A stretch of DNA of 64,000 bases, from positions 88,197-152,196 of the forward strand of contig CANOTP010000003.1 of the NCBI GenBank assembly GCA_947570135.1. The letters run 5' to 3'. Position 1 is the first letter of the stretch; each line of letters opens with the position of its first letter. Positions 62,846 through 64,000 of this stretch are shown here, one piece after another. Origin of the DNA: an uncultured Candidatus Melainabacteria bacterium. Lineage in GTDB: Bacteria > Cyanobacteriota > Vampirovibrionia > Gastranaerophilales > Gastranaerophilaceae. The notes under the pieces are model-generated. The model was not told the origin of the DNA and searched no databases. It worked only from the letters and a program-made list of their open reading frames with translations. The translations under genes were made by a program, and so were the position numbers.

Positions 62846-63823
62846 ATGGAAGAGATATTAACTCATATTCAGGAAGTATTGGGGGTCCCCGAATTTTTGA
62901 TTAATCAGTGTAATTTTTTACCTGATTTTGTGAAAAATTCATTGATTACCTGTATTAATTTTATCCCGTGGCTTTATATTTTGTACTACGGAATAGAGCT
63001 TCTGGAACGTTTCTTTATGAAAAACATCCATATTCTTGTAAGGTTGATGAAAACATTCGGGCCGTTTTTCGGGGTCGGGATTTCTGTAATCCCTGAGTGC
63101 GGATATCAGGTTATCGCGGCGACATTTTATTCAAGGAGAATGATTACCCGCGGAACTTTGTTGGCATTTTTTATATCGTGTTCGGATGATGCACTACCGC
63201 TTTTATTCTTGGATTTGAGTAAGTCTGCCGTTATTATTCCTATAATTGTAATTAAGATTATCGTCGGTATTCTTGTTGCTTATACCGTAGATTTATTATT
63301 TGCGTTTAACAATAAAGTTACCGAAAATGTTAACGCTATAAATACCGATTTAAACGAACCGGCATGCTGTCACCACAGAATCAGTACAATAGAAAATCTT
63401 CCTTACTGGTGGATGCATCCGCTGACTCATACGTTTAATATGTTTATGTTTACTTTCTTGAGTTTACTTTTAATTGAAAGTGCGATAAACGGTTTTGGTG
63501 GAGCAGACAGGCTTGCGGAATTTTTAATGATTAATTCTCCGATTTCTGTAATTGTGCTTGCAGTATTCGGGTTGATTCCGAATTGTGTTACATCAATTTT
63601 CATTGCTTTGCTTTTTGTAAAAGGTTTGATAAGTTTCCCTGCGTTGATAGCGGGACTTGTTACTACAACGGGTTTAGGCTTGTCTACTCTAGTTAAACGT
63701 CAGCAAAAAAGTTCGGATAATACTTTGATCACCGTGTTATTACTTGTTTCGGGTATTTTAACGGGGCTGTTTGTATATTATAATATGCAATTAGTTGAAG
63801 TTATCAAGTCGTTTTTTTATTAA
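62846..63823 (+). CDS. Polytopic membrane protein (possibly ArsP_2/DUF2899-like putative metal exporter)
   Basis: 325-aa ORF with 8-10 hydrophobic segments and the motifs ..VIPECGYQVIAA.. and ..SCSDDALPLLF.. The family assignment is from memory only. Confidence 0.45.
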   Translation: MEEILTHIQEVLGVPEFLINQCNFLPDFVKNSLITCINFIPWLYILYYGIELLERFFMKNIHILVRLMKTFGPFFGVGISVIPECGYQVIAATFYSRRMITRGTLLAFFISCSDDALPLLFLDLSKSAVIIPIIVIKIIVGILVAYTVDLLFAFNNKVTENVNAINTDLNEPACCHHRISTIENLPYWWMHPLTHTFNMFMFTFLSLLLIESAINGFGGADRLAEFLMINSPISVIVLAVFGLIPNCVTSIFIALLFVKGLISFPALIAGLVTTTGLGLSTLVKRQQKSSDNTLITVLLLVSGILTGLFVYYNMQLVEVIKSFFY

Positions 63824-63831
63824 GGAGAGAT

Positions 63832-64000
63832 ATGCATAATTTCTTTGATATAATAACAAATATTCCCGAACATTTGATTGAACCGATAGGTTTTTTACCC
63901 GAGTTTGCCAAAGAAGCCTTGATTGACAGCTTAAACCTTGTTCCGTTTTTGTTTGTTGTGTTTATTTTTATTGAACTTATTGAACAGTATTTTGCAAAGA
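63832..64000 (+). CDS. Paralogue of 62846-63823, N-terminal part (runs off window)
   Basis: Own translation after AAGGAG: MHNFFDIITNIPEHLIEPIGFLPEFAKEALIDSLNLVPFLFVVFIFIELIEQYFAK. This parallels MEEILTHIQEVLGVPEFLINQCNFLPDFVKNSLITCINFIPWLYILYYGIELLERFF. Confidence 0.45.
   Translation, partial: MHNFFDIITNIPEHLIEPIGFLPEFAKEALIDSLNLVPFLFVVFIFIELIEQYFAK

Noticed and set aside
1-64000. CRISPR arrays, rRNA/tRNA genes, prophage or integrative-element hallmarks, and known defence systems (RM, TA, CBASS, retron, DGR).
   Set aside because: I saw no regularly spaced direct repeats and no cloverleaf or rRNA-like conserved segments. I recognised no integrase, transposase, reverse transcriptase, nuclease-NTPase or methyltransferase signatures in any ORF. 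The XRE genes are paired with pilin-like genes rather than toxins.

Overview
AT-rich (about 35-40% GC by eye) bacterial chromosomal segment. It is densely packed, mostly with housekeeping genes: glyA, nagZ-like, gyrA, priA, pcrA, dapA, secDF, SpoIID-domain protein, murJ, cysS, ftsY, nusB, ispH-rpsA, ribBA-ribE, PBP1A, aroC, lipA, lpd-like, alr. An Skp-like chaperone, LysM protein and PBP1A suggest a diderm. The taxon cannot be fixed from sequence alone; a Melainabacteria/Vampirovibrionia-like gut lineage is a low-confidence guess. No rRNA, tRNA, CRISPR array, transposase or integrase was seen. The main signal is a dispersed family of ten prepilin-like loci, five intact and five decayed. Eight are paired head-to-head with a small HTH (mostly XRE-type) regulator gene, and each module sits alone between unrelated housekeeping operons. 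Intact pilin genes have near-consensus sigma70-like promoters placed back-to-back with the HTH start. One module is bracketed by a perfect ~49-bp direct repeat that splits the secF terminator. Two paralogues carry an A8 tract, one of them out of frame. Most copies have Ala or Cys instead of Gly at the -1 cleavage position. Other unexplained items are a ~80-97 bp hairpin-rich repeat (two copies, one inside a pilin gene), a ~265-bp GC-rich structured island at 56.4-56.6 kb, and an orphan three-gene cluster that includes a 1183-aa protein.
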